Assembly (NCBI GenBank): GCA_964270895.1
Contig: OZ185447.1
Direction: 5' to 3' (one strand)
From: Podarcis filfolensis
Taxonomy: Eukaryota
Length of the DNA stretch: 64,000 bases
The notes under the pieces are model-generated. The model saw nothing but the letters and a program-made list of their open reading frames with translations. It ran no database searches and was not told where the DNA came from. Position 1 is the stretch's first letter; every line of letters begins with the position of its first letter. Shown here in pieces: positions 11,719-23,700 of the stretch. The position numbers and the translations under genes are program-made.

Positions 11719-13394
11719 AGAATGGATATACTGTATGGAAGAGGAAAAGGCAGATCTAGATTATTAATTAAATCAGATTATTATACTATTGATACTAGTC
11801 TGGCTTGCATGTCACACCAGGCAAAAACATAATTTAGGATAAAGGAATTCTACATATCCATAGTTAGTCTGGAGAAAGTTAGGGCATTAGAGTGGATTCA
11901 AATCTCATGGCATGGCATGGCAGGAAAGTGATCAGAGAAGAACAAAGTAGATTAAATTTTCTTCCTGGAAGCCCCCATTCTCATATCTTGATGCTAAATT
12001 GTGGTTTGCTCAGCCGGGTATGCAGACCAAACCATTATCTTTCCCACTCACTCATTTTCAATCTTTCTCAGATTCTTATAAGTGAAGGAACGCACTGCAT
12101 TAAAACAACACAATTTTGTGATGTGATATCATGGTCAGTGCAAACACATCATGAATAATGGTGCTGCTGGAAATCAAAACTAATCAGTTCATAAGTCAGA
12201 TACAGTACGTTTCAAATTCTCAAATATATAGCATGCCCTAGTCCAATCATGTGAACTTTAACCCCAAATTAGAAACTGCCCTGAGATAACCCTGTCAGAG
12301 GAAAGGCAGTCTTGAAAACTGCTAAGTAAGAAAATATTTTGTAATTCAAAGCAAATCTGATTATGAGTTAATTTTCACTTTCTGTTTTTATATGGCTCTT
12401 AGTGAATTTATAGAATTATGAGGTGGTCCAATGACTTTTTATCCATTCTCTTATTTGTTTTCTTTAGCTTTTTCAAAACTAAAATCTCTCTAAGCAGTTA
12501 GAAAGCACAGATCCTGCCACACATATTCAAAATGAGGCCATTAATGTCACTGGAAACGACATAATGTGATTGTGTAACAACATCTCCAGGGGCTGCGTGG
12601 AATTGAGAGAGACAGAGAGGGGAGAGAGGTCTATCCCTGTTTGATTTTTTGCAGACTACACCTTCTTTTTCATTGGAAATCATGTGCAAGGAACCCTTTT
12701 AAAAACAAGCAGCTTGCTAAAAATTGTTTGGGTAACCTTGTATTACTGCATCCAATTTACTGAAGGTATTAATGACATTGCAAGCTAATCATAAATTTTG
12801 ATAGAGTCAGTCTGCCAAACAGTAATCAAGAACAGTGGGTAGATGCCAATTAATATGTTGCACTCTTTTCTTACTACAGCTTTCAAAGCATCACAACATT
12901 CTTAACTGTCTTAAAAGCATAATAAATAGGCATAGCCTGTGACAGTTCCAGTGTGAGTCAACATAATTGTCATCTCTTGGACTAATGTGTAGATTTAAAT
13001 TTGATTATTCATCAGCTCTCACACTTTCCAAATATCCCAACTGCAAGTCATCCACCTTGCAGGTAGAATAATTTAAAAAGAGAGGTCAAGTGGCACCCAC
13101 AAGCCTGCTTTGAATCATTTGCATTTTATTCATTAATTATGTCTCTTTCCCTTTCTTTTCCTCATTTGTTTATTTCCCTCACCTTTACTTTTCTTGGTTA
13201 TGATTCTAAATGAATCAAAATAAATATACATATGATCCCATTGATGGGAGTTTCCTAGGAAGTGGATCTAGTTGTCAACATTGCCATCCTTAATATACAC
13301 ACACCAGAATGGCTGCTTACTGTCCTGTCAGTGAGTGGCGGTTGCAGCCTGACGTGGCACCTCCTCTCTCCCCTAGACATGCAGCACCATTTTA

Positions 13395-13690
13395 GATTCA
13401 TGATTACTGTATAATGCAATGGATGATATATGGAAACATATCATATGCCATAGCTGCCAGGAGGCAGCATTCTGTCAGCCCCAGGAAGGTAAAGGCATAC
13501 ATCTGGGCTGCTTTGGAAAGGCTTTTATGCTTTGTTAACAGATGTGCCAACATCTGGGGCACCACAATAGTGGTGTAACCAATTTCTAACCAAGAATGGT
13601 TTACCCAAAAGAAGTACATGGGAGTTTGAAGGGAATGGTTGAGTTTCACAATCAGAATTATGAGAATGTTCCCAACTCTGTTGCCAAATG
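13395..13690 (-). pseudogene. Truncated OR pseudogene fragment (type D, TM1-TM3 only)
   Basis: KLNHSLQTPMYFFWVNHSW...TECCLLAAMAYD; ends abruptly at 13395-13398. Confidence 0.88.
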
Positions 13691-13724
13691 TTGTGTTGGT
13701 TGGATCATGTGCAGCGAAGATTTT

Positions 13725-14100
13725 TATAACTGATTCTCAAATGCCCCATTCACTTATTCTTTTCCTTAGGGTATATGTGATGGGGTTTAAAGCAGGAATC
13801 ACTACAGTGTTCATAAAATAAATAATATTGTCACTCACCAGAGTGTAGCTGGACAGGGGCCTAATGGAGGCAAATAAGGCTTTCCCATAGAATAATTTCA
13901 CTACCATGAAGTGTGAGGATCAGAATGAAATTTAAGGGTAGCCTAGATCATATGGATGTAGGAGACAATGATCAGCAAGAATGGACAGCAACTTCATATT
14001 TGGAGGTGTCTATACATGCCATTTTTACTAGTGGAGGGATATCACAGAATAAGTGCTGCCCAAAATTAGTTCCTGGCATTGGGTTGTTCGACAGTAGTAC
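13725..14100 (-). pseudogene. Degenerate OR 3'-half fragment (type C, copy of 5945-6330)
   Basis: Near-identical to 5945-6330. Confidence 0.8.
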
Positions 14101-14391
14101 CTCTTGAGTTGTGTGAAAACCACTCTGAAGGAATATTTACAGCCGGAGAAGGCAGTCTCTGAGCTGGGAGTTAGATTGAAAGATAAAGGTTATTGTCTTT
14201 AAGAGTATACAGAAACGCGAGAACTGGAAAGGCGAATTTTAGTGTAGGAGTAGTGGAGTTGTGGGGGAACGCTATACTTAAACCTCAGTCCAGTAGGAAG
14301 AGGATGTATCTTCTAGTGAGAGAACAATAATGTCAAACTAGTTAGAAGGGGAATGAGTGCTGATTCCCTGGTCTGATATTCTATGTCTACT

Positions 14392-14771
14392 AGGTAAAAG
14401 GTAAAGGACCCCTGGACAGTTAAGTCCAGTCAAAGGTGACGGGGGGGGGGGCTCATCTCACTTTTCAGACTGAGGGTGTAATCGTTTATCCACAGATAGC
14501 TTTCTAGGTCATGTGGCCAGCATGACTAAACCGCTTCTGCTGCAACAGGACACTGTCACAAGTGCCAGAGCACATGGAAACAAGATTTACCTTCCTGCTG
14601 CAGCGGTACCTATTTATCTATTTGCATTGGTATGATCTCGCACTGCTAGGTTAGCAGAAGCTAGGACAGAGCAATGGGAGCTCACCCTGTTATGCAGGTT
14701 TAAACCTCAGACCTTCCTATTGATATGCTCAGGAGGCTCCGTGGTCTAGACCACAGCACCACCCACGTGCC
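14392..14771 (-). mobile_element. Sauria SINE (duplicated copy of 61-441)
   Basis: Same sequence and flanks as 61-441. Confidence 0.85.
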
Positions 14772-15434
14772 TAGCCACTAAGACTTCTAGAGATTTCTAA
14801 AGGTTGGGAAGGATAATTGGCAGATTAACCTTCCCAACTCTTTCAGAACTCACCTGACAGAAAGTACCAACCTGTTTCAGAATCCCCAGTTATTGAAACC
14901 TAAACTGTACCATGTCTGTGATAAATTTAAGTAACTGAAGAAAATCAAAGCTGTACACTAACCAACTTATGGAAAAGCGTGTGACATCTGATGAGTTCAG
15001 TGTGTGTATAGTTAGCTGTTTCTTTGAAGATTTCCAACTCCTGTATTATTTCTGTTTATTATTCTTGTTGTGAATTAAATCATTTTCCTGTTCAAATTCC
15101 ATACAGTAAGTCTCTGAGTATGAGTTTTTTTAAATAGGAAAAATACAGTATTCAAGTAGAAGTAAACTAATTATGCTGTAGAGGTTCCTGTATAGCAAAC
15201 AGTATAAGAAAGCTAATCATCAAAGAAGGTACAGATTTATGGTTAAATCAAAGAATCACTCCAAAATTATTGCTGAGGTACAGGCAATATAGGTTGCTAG
15301 GTTGGAATCAGGTTCATTTCTGTACTAACTGTTATAAATTAGACCTTAACAAAATACTTACAGCCATTTAATCAAAAATGATATGTCCTGTTTTTATTTA
15401 TTTTTCTTGTTGCCATACTCCATGCTTCAGATGT

Positions 15435-16391
15435 TCAACTTGTTGGGTTCTGTACAGAGAGCAACCGTGAAACTGTCTTCTTAAATGCTCCCTTCACTTC
15501 TTTATTTCTTAGGGTATATATTATGGGGTTCAAAAATGGACTGACAACTGTGTACATAAGAGAAATTACTTGGTCGCTCCTCGGAGTGTAGCTGGACTTG
15601 GGTATTAAGTAGGTGAAGAGGGTTGTCCCAAAAAATAGTGTCACCACCATGAGGTGTGAGGAGCAAGTGGAGAAGGCTTTTCTCCTTCCCTTAGCAGAAG
15701 GAAGTTTGAGGATGGTTGAAATTATACAGATGTAGGAGAGGATGATCAGCAGGAAAGGACTCATGATGAAAATAATAGACACTGCCATGACAAGAATCTC
15801 ATTTTTGTAGGTATCTGTGCATGCCATTTTCATCACTGGTAGGAAATCACAAAAGAAGTGCTGGATGTGCTTAGAACCACAGAAGGGTAAGCTGAAGATC
15901 CATGCTGTCTGAGCAACTTGTACCAAGAAGCAAATAATCCACGCTGCGGCTGCCAACTGTGTACAGACTTGGTGATTCATGATTTCGGTGTAGTGCAATG
16001 GGTGGCCTATGGCAACATAGCGGTCATATGCCATAGCTGCCAAGAGGCAACATTCTGTCAGCCCCAGCATGGCGAAGGCATACATCTGGGCTGCACATCT
16101 TGCTAGGGATATGCTTTTATGCTCTGTTAACAGATGTACCAGCATCTGGGGCACCACACTAGTGGTGTAACACATTTCTAAGAAAGATAGGTTTACCAAA
16201 AAGAAGTACATGGGAGTCTGAAGAGAAGGGTTGAGTTTTATGAGCAGAATAATGAGCATGTTTCCCAGCAAGGTGATTATGTATGTCACCAGAAAAACGA
16301 AAAACAGCAAGATTTGCAGTTCAGCAAGATATGAAAACCCCTCCAGAATGAACTCATTCAGATTGGTCTCATTCTCACCTAGTTGTTCCAT
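15435..16391 (-). CDS. Olfactory receptor, type A copy 3, 318 aa
   Basis: Intact ORF with OR motifs; VAIGHPLHY (conserved Cys changed to Gly). Confidence 0.93.
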   Translation of the reverse strand: MEQLGENETNLNEFILEGFSYLAELQILLFFVFLVTYIITLLGNMLIILLIKLNPSLQTPMYFFLVNLSFLEMCYTTSVVPQMLVHLLTEHKSISLARCAAQMYAFAMLGLTECCLLAAMAYDRYVAIGHPLHYTEIMNHQVCTQLAAAAWIICFLVQVAQTAWIFSLPFCGSKHIQHFFCDFLPVMKMACTDTYKNEILVMAVSIIFIMSPFLLIILSYICIISTILKLPSAKGRRKAFSTCSSHLMVVTLFFGTTLFTYLIPKSSYTPRSDQVISLMYTVVSPFLNPIIYTLRNKEVKGAFKKTVSRLLSVQNPTS

Positions 16392-17518
16392 AGAATGGAT
16401 ATCCTGTGTGGAAAAGGAAATGACAAATACAGATAATTAATTAAATGTGGTAATCATAGTAGAGGCACCTGGAGCATCCAAAAGACCCATCTAGTGCATA
16501 ATCCTAATTTCACTGTGGCAAAACACAAGCCTACAGGAAGCCTTCAAACAGGACAATAATGCAATAGCTCTCTTCCCAATAGGATTACTGTCTGTGACAA
16601 TGGAAGTAAGATAAAGCCATTATGACTAGCAGCCATTGAAACTTTCTCGAGTGTAATTAGGATAATCTTACTGGAGGCAAAAAAGTTCCCAAATTTTCCT
16701 TAACTCCTTCTCAGAGTTTGGAATTCTAAATTAACTGGTTTTCTCCCTGGAAATAAAACCAATACATTCAAGAATTCTCCCATAGTTACCTTCATATTTC
16801 TCAATCTTTCAATGAGCACTGTGTAGACACAATTTTGTTCCATTTTCAGCTTCCTCATATATCCCCGCTCTCTCCAAGTGCATGCACATTGCTAGTGTAC
16901 AGATGTACATGTTGAGAAAAAAGTGCAAGAAAGAAGCAGTGTTATGCTTTTTTGCTGCTGACCAAAAACTGTCGTCTATGATGCAGCTCTTTAAATATTA
17001 ACAAATCTATCATTACATAGTTCTTCATGGTCAATAATCCACCATGCTTCTGATGACTTGTATGAATTCCTTTAAAAAGCATAAAAGAGTAAACTTGATC
17101 CAGTTGTACATGCATTTGGATTACGGTTATAACAAGTTGTGTTTTATCACTGTACAGAGCCACATTATATCTCAGCAAAGCACAACACTTTTAAAAAAGC
17201 TGTCACATGTTTAATACCATCACATTGCTATTATTGATGCTGCCAGAACTCACTCATGCAGATTATTTTTAAAGTAACAAACTAATTTCTTTCCCCCTTG
17301 CATCAAAGCTTTTAAGGCTAGGATGAAGAACCTTTGGTTTTCCAACTATCACTGGACTATTTTTCATTTCAGTCAGGGACAATGGAACTCAGATTCCACT
17401 AAAACCTGGGGGCCACCCACAGAGCTTCCACCCATGTTTTACAGCGTGCTTCACTATCAGCTCATCTGAACTGTTTGGTGAAGCAGACTTTAAATTGCAA
17501 TCGTCTATTAGCCATGAA

Positions 17519-17747
17519 CCTGCCAACCTAGCATTTCGAAAGCACGTCAAAGTGCAAGTAGATAAATAGGTACCGCTCCGGCGGGAAAGTAAAAGGTATT
17601 TCGATGTGCTGCTCTGGTTCGCCAGAAGCGGCTTAGTCATGCTGGCCATATGACCCAGAAGCTGTACGGCAGCTCCCTCGGCCAATAAAGTGAGATGAGA
17701 GCCACAACCCCAGAGTCGGTCATGACTGGACCTAATGGTCAGGGGTC
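17519..17747 (+). mobile_element. 5'-truncated Sauria SINE with 14-bp TSD
   Basis: CTATTAGCCATGAA at 17505-17518 and 17748-17761; empty sites at ~3129 and ~8879. Confidence 0.92.
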
Positions 17748-18142
17748 CTATTAGCCATGAAATGGAAAGCACTCAGCTACAATGGGTTGTACTCAACACT
17801 GCTGTTCCACTCACAGAAGAGACTCCACTTGTGCATGGGAACTTAGATTCTCCTGAAGATTCTCCTTAAGGTTCAGTGACCTTATGGAGCACACTGGGGG
17901 AAGGGGGGGGGGACATGTGATCAGAAAATGAAACTGAAGTCCCATTGCTTGAATTCTATGAGCACTGTAACTTTTCTTCACTGTGATCTGTGGCTATGTA
18001 AGTAGAGTAAGGTAAAAAACTGAAAAACACACACTAGTTTGATTTGAATTGTTTATATTCCTTTATTTCTTCGTTTCTTTCATGGCTTGAATTTTCTTGG
18101 TTGTAAAATAAAAATGAAGATAGATATATGATAGAGATAGAT

Positions 18143-18402
18143 NNNNNNNNNNNNNNNNNNNNNNNNNNNNNNNNNNNNNNNNNNNNNNNNNNNNNNNNNN
18201 NNNNNNNNNNNNNNNNNNNNNNNNNNNNNNNNNNNNNNNNNNNNNNNNNNNNNNNNNNNNNNNNNNNNNNNNNNNNNNNNNNNNNNNNNNNNNNNNNNNN
18301 NNNNNNNNNNNNNNNNNNNNNNNNNNNNNNNNNNNNNNNNNNNNNNNNNNNNNNNNNNNNNNNNNNNNNNNNNNNNNNNNNNNNNNNNNNNNNNNNNNNN
18401 NN
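18143..18402. other. Assembly gap (N run) inside the (GATA)n repeat
   Basis: Preceded by AAGATAGATATATGATAGAGATAGAT; the right flank matches unit 2. Confidence 0.95.
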
Positions 18403-19791
18403 AGATTCTCCTAACAGTATCTAGCTATAAAAGCATTACAGACAAACATACCAGAATTAAAACACAGTCAGTTGTGATCAAAAGTTATTTGACTTAGATG
18501 TAACAATCATACCTTGCTACCATAAAATCTTACTTTGCAAAAGAAGTAACTGCTGTTTCGTGAGTCAGAGCGGTGCACCATGATGCACCAAACAAAGATA
18601 TTTTCATATATGTGATCTCATTCTTGATGCAACTCAATTTTGAAGGAATACGTTTGGGAATTTTCTGCTAACTAATCCATGGGGGTAAGAATGGCTAACA
18701 AAAAAATATATGCATTTAATCCTTGGGTGATGCAAGAAATTACCATTACTTCCAGAAACCTCACATTTTTATAGGAATTGAAAATACTGCTTTTCAATGC
18801 AATCTAAATTTCACCCATCTAATTTCCTGTGGATTCAAACTTCTTTCAGGTTTTTTCTACAACCAAGCAGTTATATAAATTTTATGAAATTAATGAATGG
18901 ATGGATAAAAAAGACTAGGTAGTCATGTTTGATTAGAATAACATGAATGGAGTGGGCCGTGCAGTGCATTGTATGCATACCAACAGCTGCATCCAGTACA
19001 CTATACAAGGACTTGAGTTATACACAGTTCTTCATCAGTTTAGATAATAATCTAAGGCAAATAAAGACCAACTTCGAAGGGAGTGGAAGTTGTGGTTCAA
19101 CATGGCTGTAGTTATTTGGGGTGGCCTCCCGGCTCCAGCCTGGAAGGAACACTGGCTGTTGTGGGGCGCACTGGCTGCTGGAGCTCACCCACAGTTGTAG
19201 CCACAAAATGACACTTGCTGAAACAAAGACAGTTTTCAGTGCCAAAAGCTCATCACTGAAGGAGGGTGTTCGGGGCTGCAGTGGCACCTAACGTGTGTGG
19301 GAGATACTCTTCACCACCTTCCCCACAGGGGAGAATTTAAGTAAAATCTAAAACGTGGTCATACACACACTTTGTGTGTGTCAGAATTGGGTCTGTGAGT
19401 AAATGGATACCTAATATTTATTGAGAAAAGATGTCAACTGTATGACAGCAATAAACCAGAAAACCATTGTTACTGAGTGTGCTTCACACTTAGTTCTTCA
19501 ATAACCATGTAAGACACATGTAAAAAGCAGGTTCCTGTACAGCAAACAGTCTACAAAAAGAAATAATCAATAATCAAAGCACATGTAGATTTATAGTTAA
19601 AGCAAGAATCCCTACCAAATGATCACTGATATACAGACAGTCCAGGTTGCATTGGGTTGGGATCTGGTTGGCTTCCTGCAATAATGCAGCCACGAGCCAT
19701 ATTTGAATGAAATATTTACATCCGCTTAATCAGTAGTTATGTCTTCGGTGTTTCCTTTTTTCCTTTTTTCTATACTCCATTATTCAGACAT

Positions 19792-20748
19792 TCAGCTAGT
19801 TGGGTTTTGCGGAGAGAAGACCCTTGCAATTGTTTTCTTATATGCTTTCTGCACTTCTTTATTTCTTAGGGTATATATAATGGGATTTAAAACTGGAGTG
19901 ACAACTGTGTACATAAGAGCACTCATTTGGTCACTCCGTGAAGTGTAGCTAGTCTTGGGCATTAAGTAGGTGAAGAGGCCTGACCCAAAAAATAATGTCA
20001 CCACCGTGACGTGTGAGGAGCAAGTGGAGAAGGCTTTCCGCCTTTGATCAGCAGAAGGAAGCTTAAGGATGGTTGAAATTATACGGACGTAGGAGAGGAT
20101 AATCAGTAGGAATGGACTCATGATAAAAGTGATGGTCACTGCCATGACAGCAATCTCATTTTTGTAGGTATCTGTGCATGCCGTTTTCACCACTGGTAGG
20201 ATATCACAAAAGAAGTGCTGGATGTGTTTAGAACCACAGAAGGGTAAGCTGAAGATCCATGCTGTTTGAGCAACTTGTACCAAGAAGCAAATAATCCACG
20301 CTGCGGCTGCCAACTTTGTACAGACTTGGTGATTCATGATTACTGTGTAGTGCAATGGGTGGCATATGGCAACATAGCGGTCATATGCCATAGCTGCCAG
20401 GAGGCAACATTCTGTCAGCCCCAGGATGGTAAAGGCATACATCTGGGCTGCACATCTAGCTTTGGAAATGCTTTTATGCTTTGTTAACAGATGTGCCAAC
20501 ATCTGGGGCACCACACTAGTGGTGTAACCTATTTCTAAGAAAGATAGATTTACCAAAAAGAAGTACATGGGAGTTTGAAGGGCATGGTTGAGTTTCACAA
20601 GCAGAATTATGAGCATGTTTCCAACTAAGGCAGTAATGTACATCAGCAGAAAAAACAAAAACAGCAAGATTTGCCATTCAGCAAGGTATGAAAACCCTAC
20701 CAGGATGAACTCATTTAGACTGGTCTGGTTCTCAGCTAGCTCTTCCAT
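19792..20748 (-). CDS. Olfactory receptor, type B copy, 318 aa
   Basis: Intact ORF, close paralog of 10762-11718. Confidence 0.96.
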   Translation of the reverse strand: MEELAENQTSLNEFILVGFSYLAEWQILLFLFFLLMYITALVGNMLIILLVKLNHALQTPMYFFLVNLSFLEIGYTTSVVPQMLAHLLTKHKSISKARCAAQMYAFTILGLTECCLLAAMAYDRYVAICHPLHYTVIMNHQVCTKLAAAAWIICFLVQVAQTAWIFSLPFCGSKHIQHFFCDILPVVKTACTDTYKNEIAVMAVTITFIMSPFLLIILSYVRIISTILKLPSADQRRKAFSTCSSHVTVVTLFFGSGLFTYLMPKTSYTSRSDQMSALMYTVVTPVLNPIIYTLRNKEVQKAYKKTIARVFSPQNPTS

Positions 20749-23700
20749 AGAATGGATATCCTGTATGGAAGAGGAAAAGGCAGATCTAGATTATTAATTA
20801 AATCAGATAATTACACTATTCATACTGGTCTGGCTTGCATGTCACATCAGGCAAAAACATAATTTAGGATACAGGAATTCTACAAATCCATAGTTAGTCT
20901 GGAGAAAGTTAGGGCATTAGAGTGGATTCAAATCTCATGGCATGGCATGGCAGCAAAGTGATCAGAGAAGAACAAAGTAGATTAAATTTTCTTCCTGGAA
21001 GCCCCCATTCTCATATGTTGATGCTAAATTATGGTTTGCTTAGCCTGGCATGCAGACCAAACCATTATCTTTCCCACTCCCTCATTTTCAATCTTGCTCA
21101 GAACTGTTTTATTAATGAATGTAATTACCCCATAAACCTCATACACAAATGCCTTTGAACTTGGATTAAGAATTGTCTAAGTTATCACATGCTTGAATTC
21201 AAAACAGATTTTGCAAAATCCTTAGGAATTTAAGAAGTGCCTGCTGAATCAGCCAAAAGAGCCATGTGGTTCATCATTCTGTTCTTACAGTGGCTTTCTA
21301 TAAGACCCCAAAGAGGGTGTGAATACAATAGCACTCATAAATGGGCATTGTTCCCAAATTTTCCTAATTTATTCTCAGACTTTGGGATATAGTAAAATGA
21401 ATGGATTCAGAATTCTCTCTTGGGTCCTTTTATATTTTACAATTTTCTACTTTCTAGCACTACGTGTGCATAGTTTTGTTTCACTTTCAGCTTTCTCATA
21501 TATTCCCACCTCACAATCTTCCACATGTTGATAATGTACAGCTGTACATATTGTGAAAAAGTGCAGAAAAAGAACTTTCCTGGGTAGATTTTTTGGTGAA
21601 GCAAAAATAGTGGTTTGGCTTACAGTTCATTAAATACTAGCAAATTTATAATTGCATAAGTTTTTGTGGTCTACAGTGCATAGTTGAATGTGTTGACTTG
21701 TATGCATTGCTAAAACAGTGTAAAGAAGTAAACTTGATCCAATTGTACATGCAGTTGGATAAAGATTCTTATAAGTGAAGGAACTCACTGCACTCACACT
21801 TTCCAAATATCCCAACTGCAAGTCATCCACCTTGCAGGTAGAATAATTTAAAAAGAGAGAGGTCAAGTGGCACCCACAAGCCTGCTTTGAATCATTTGCA
21901 TTTTATTCATTAATTATGTCTCTTTCCCTTTCTTTTCCTCATTTGTTTATTTCCCTCACCTTTACTTTTCTTGATTATGATTCTAAATGAATCAAAATAA
22001 ATATACATATGATCCCATTGTTGGGAGTTTGCTAGGAATTGGATCTAGTTGTCAACATTGCTGTCCTTAATACACACACACCAGAATGGCTGCTTACTGT
22101 CCTGTCAGTGAGTGGCGGTTGCAGCCTGACGTGGCACCTCCTCTCTCCCCTAGACATGCAGCACCATTTTAGATTGTTTCCCAATCCCCTCCGGCCACTG
22201 TGGAGGCTCACGGGTTTCCACTTGTCCCTCAAATAAGGCAATCCATGGCAGCCCTGGGGTGGCATGGCCATCTACTTATCCCGGCCAACCACTCAGCACA
22301 GCATCCCGTCGGCTGGGAACATCCTTAATACACATACACACACCTCAACACCAGAATTAAAACACAGGCAAGCATATTCATGTTTCATCAGAATTTATGA
22401 CCTTTGATTTAGATTTAACAATCATACCCCCCACACCCTTAAAAACTTACTTTGCAGAATGAATGTTTGCTCTTTCTTGCTCCAAAGAAGTGAAAAATGG
22501 AGTTCCAAACATAGGTATTTTCATAGATGTGCTCTCACCCTCAATACAGCTCAGGATTGAAGAAAAGTGTTGGGAATACCCTGCCAATGAATTCATGGAA
22601 GCAACAAAATTCTATGTATTTAATCCACTAAAAAGAAGTGGTGTTATCTCTAAAGTTGCAAGGAACATCAAATTATTTACAAAAATCCTATGTTTCCAAA
22701 GCCATTTAAGATACAATTTTCCAATGGCTTTTTATATATTTAGCATTTCTAAATTCTTTTTGTATACTGCTTTTAGTCCCCCCCCTTTTATAATCAGACC
22801 ATGTGTATGATTTTTATGAAATAAATAATTTATCTTTGTGTGACTATTCAACAGACACATGTTCAGAGGAAGCATAAGAGTGGTAGCAAGTCCTGCTTCC
22901 GACCTACACATTTGCTAGAACATCAGCATGTTTTCTACCAGGTGTGCAGCATTAGCTTTGCTAAACTGGAGAATTGCTCCACCACCCACCCTAATATTTG
23001 CACTTTTTATATGGATGTTTGAAGTGAAATCACTAGGCACAACCCGATGCTCACATCTAGGTGGAATTTTGATGTATTCACTGTATTTATGCCATCCAAT
23101 GCTGGAGGGAACCTAATTCCACAGGGAAAGTGTTGGGAACCTTCTTCTGATAAAATCCATCAGGGATAGAATGATAATAAAACAGTGTTGTAGGGAAATT
23201 CAGGTCAAAAGACCTCTAGAGAGTTCAAAAAGTGCTACATGCAGAAATATATTTTCCCTTTTGGTATGGAGATGAAACAGTCAATATCATCACAAACTCA
23301 TTCATTAATGCTTGGTAGGGAAGAATCTGGAAATTATGCTTGGTCTATTAGAATACAATGAATAGGCATTTGCTAAAGCTACCCTTTTAGGTAAATTCCC
23401 ATCAGTATTTCTAGTGCAGGTAGACAAGCTTTCAACTCCCACAGTTCTCTTATGAGGCCTCTCTCCCACAGCCTTCCTCTCTATTCCCAAAAATGGGAAT
23501 GGAGAACCTGACCATTGGCATTGCTGCCTTTGGTAAAGCGTGTTCTCATTAAAGGAGAGCACGTGTTGCAGATGGGGCCAGGCAAAGCACCCTGTGGTTG
23601 CCAGGCAGGATAGATTGAAGGGGCCTGGCTTGGATTGGTGGTTGGTGTTGCTGGGGTAAATTTGATGTTGCCAATTTGGGGGTGGGAACAGAGGTTATTT

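Larger units (their letters stand above)
6555..14333. repeat. Tandem segmental duplication unit 2
   Basis: Offset of 7779-7780 bp to unit 3 at both the unit-start marker and the type A OR. Confidence 0.9.
14334..22178. repeat. Tandem segmental duplication unit 3
   Basis: Collinear with unit 2 up to CCATTTTAGATT (13387-13398 vs ~22167-22175), then diverges. Confidence 0.88.

Noticed and set aside
1054-20797. Recurrent + strand ORFs (e.g. 1888-2097, 8451-8714, 11558-11767, 16231-16440, 20588-20797)
   Set aside because: They are antisense shadows of the OR coding sequences and recur only because the genes are duplicated.
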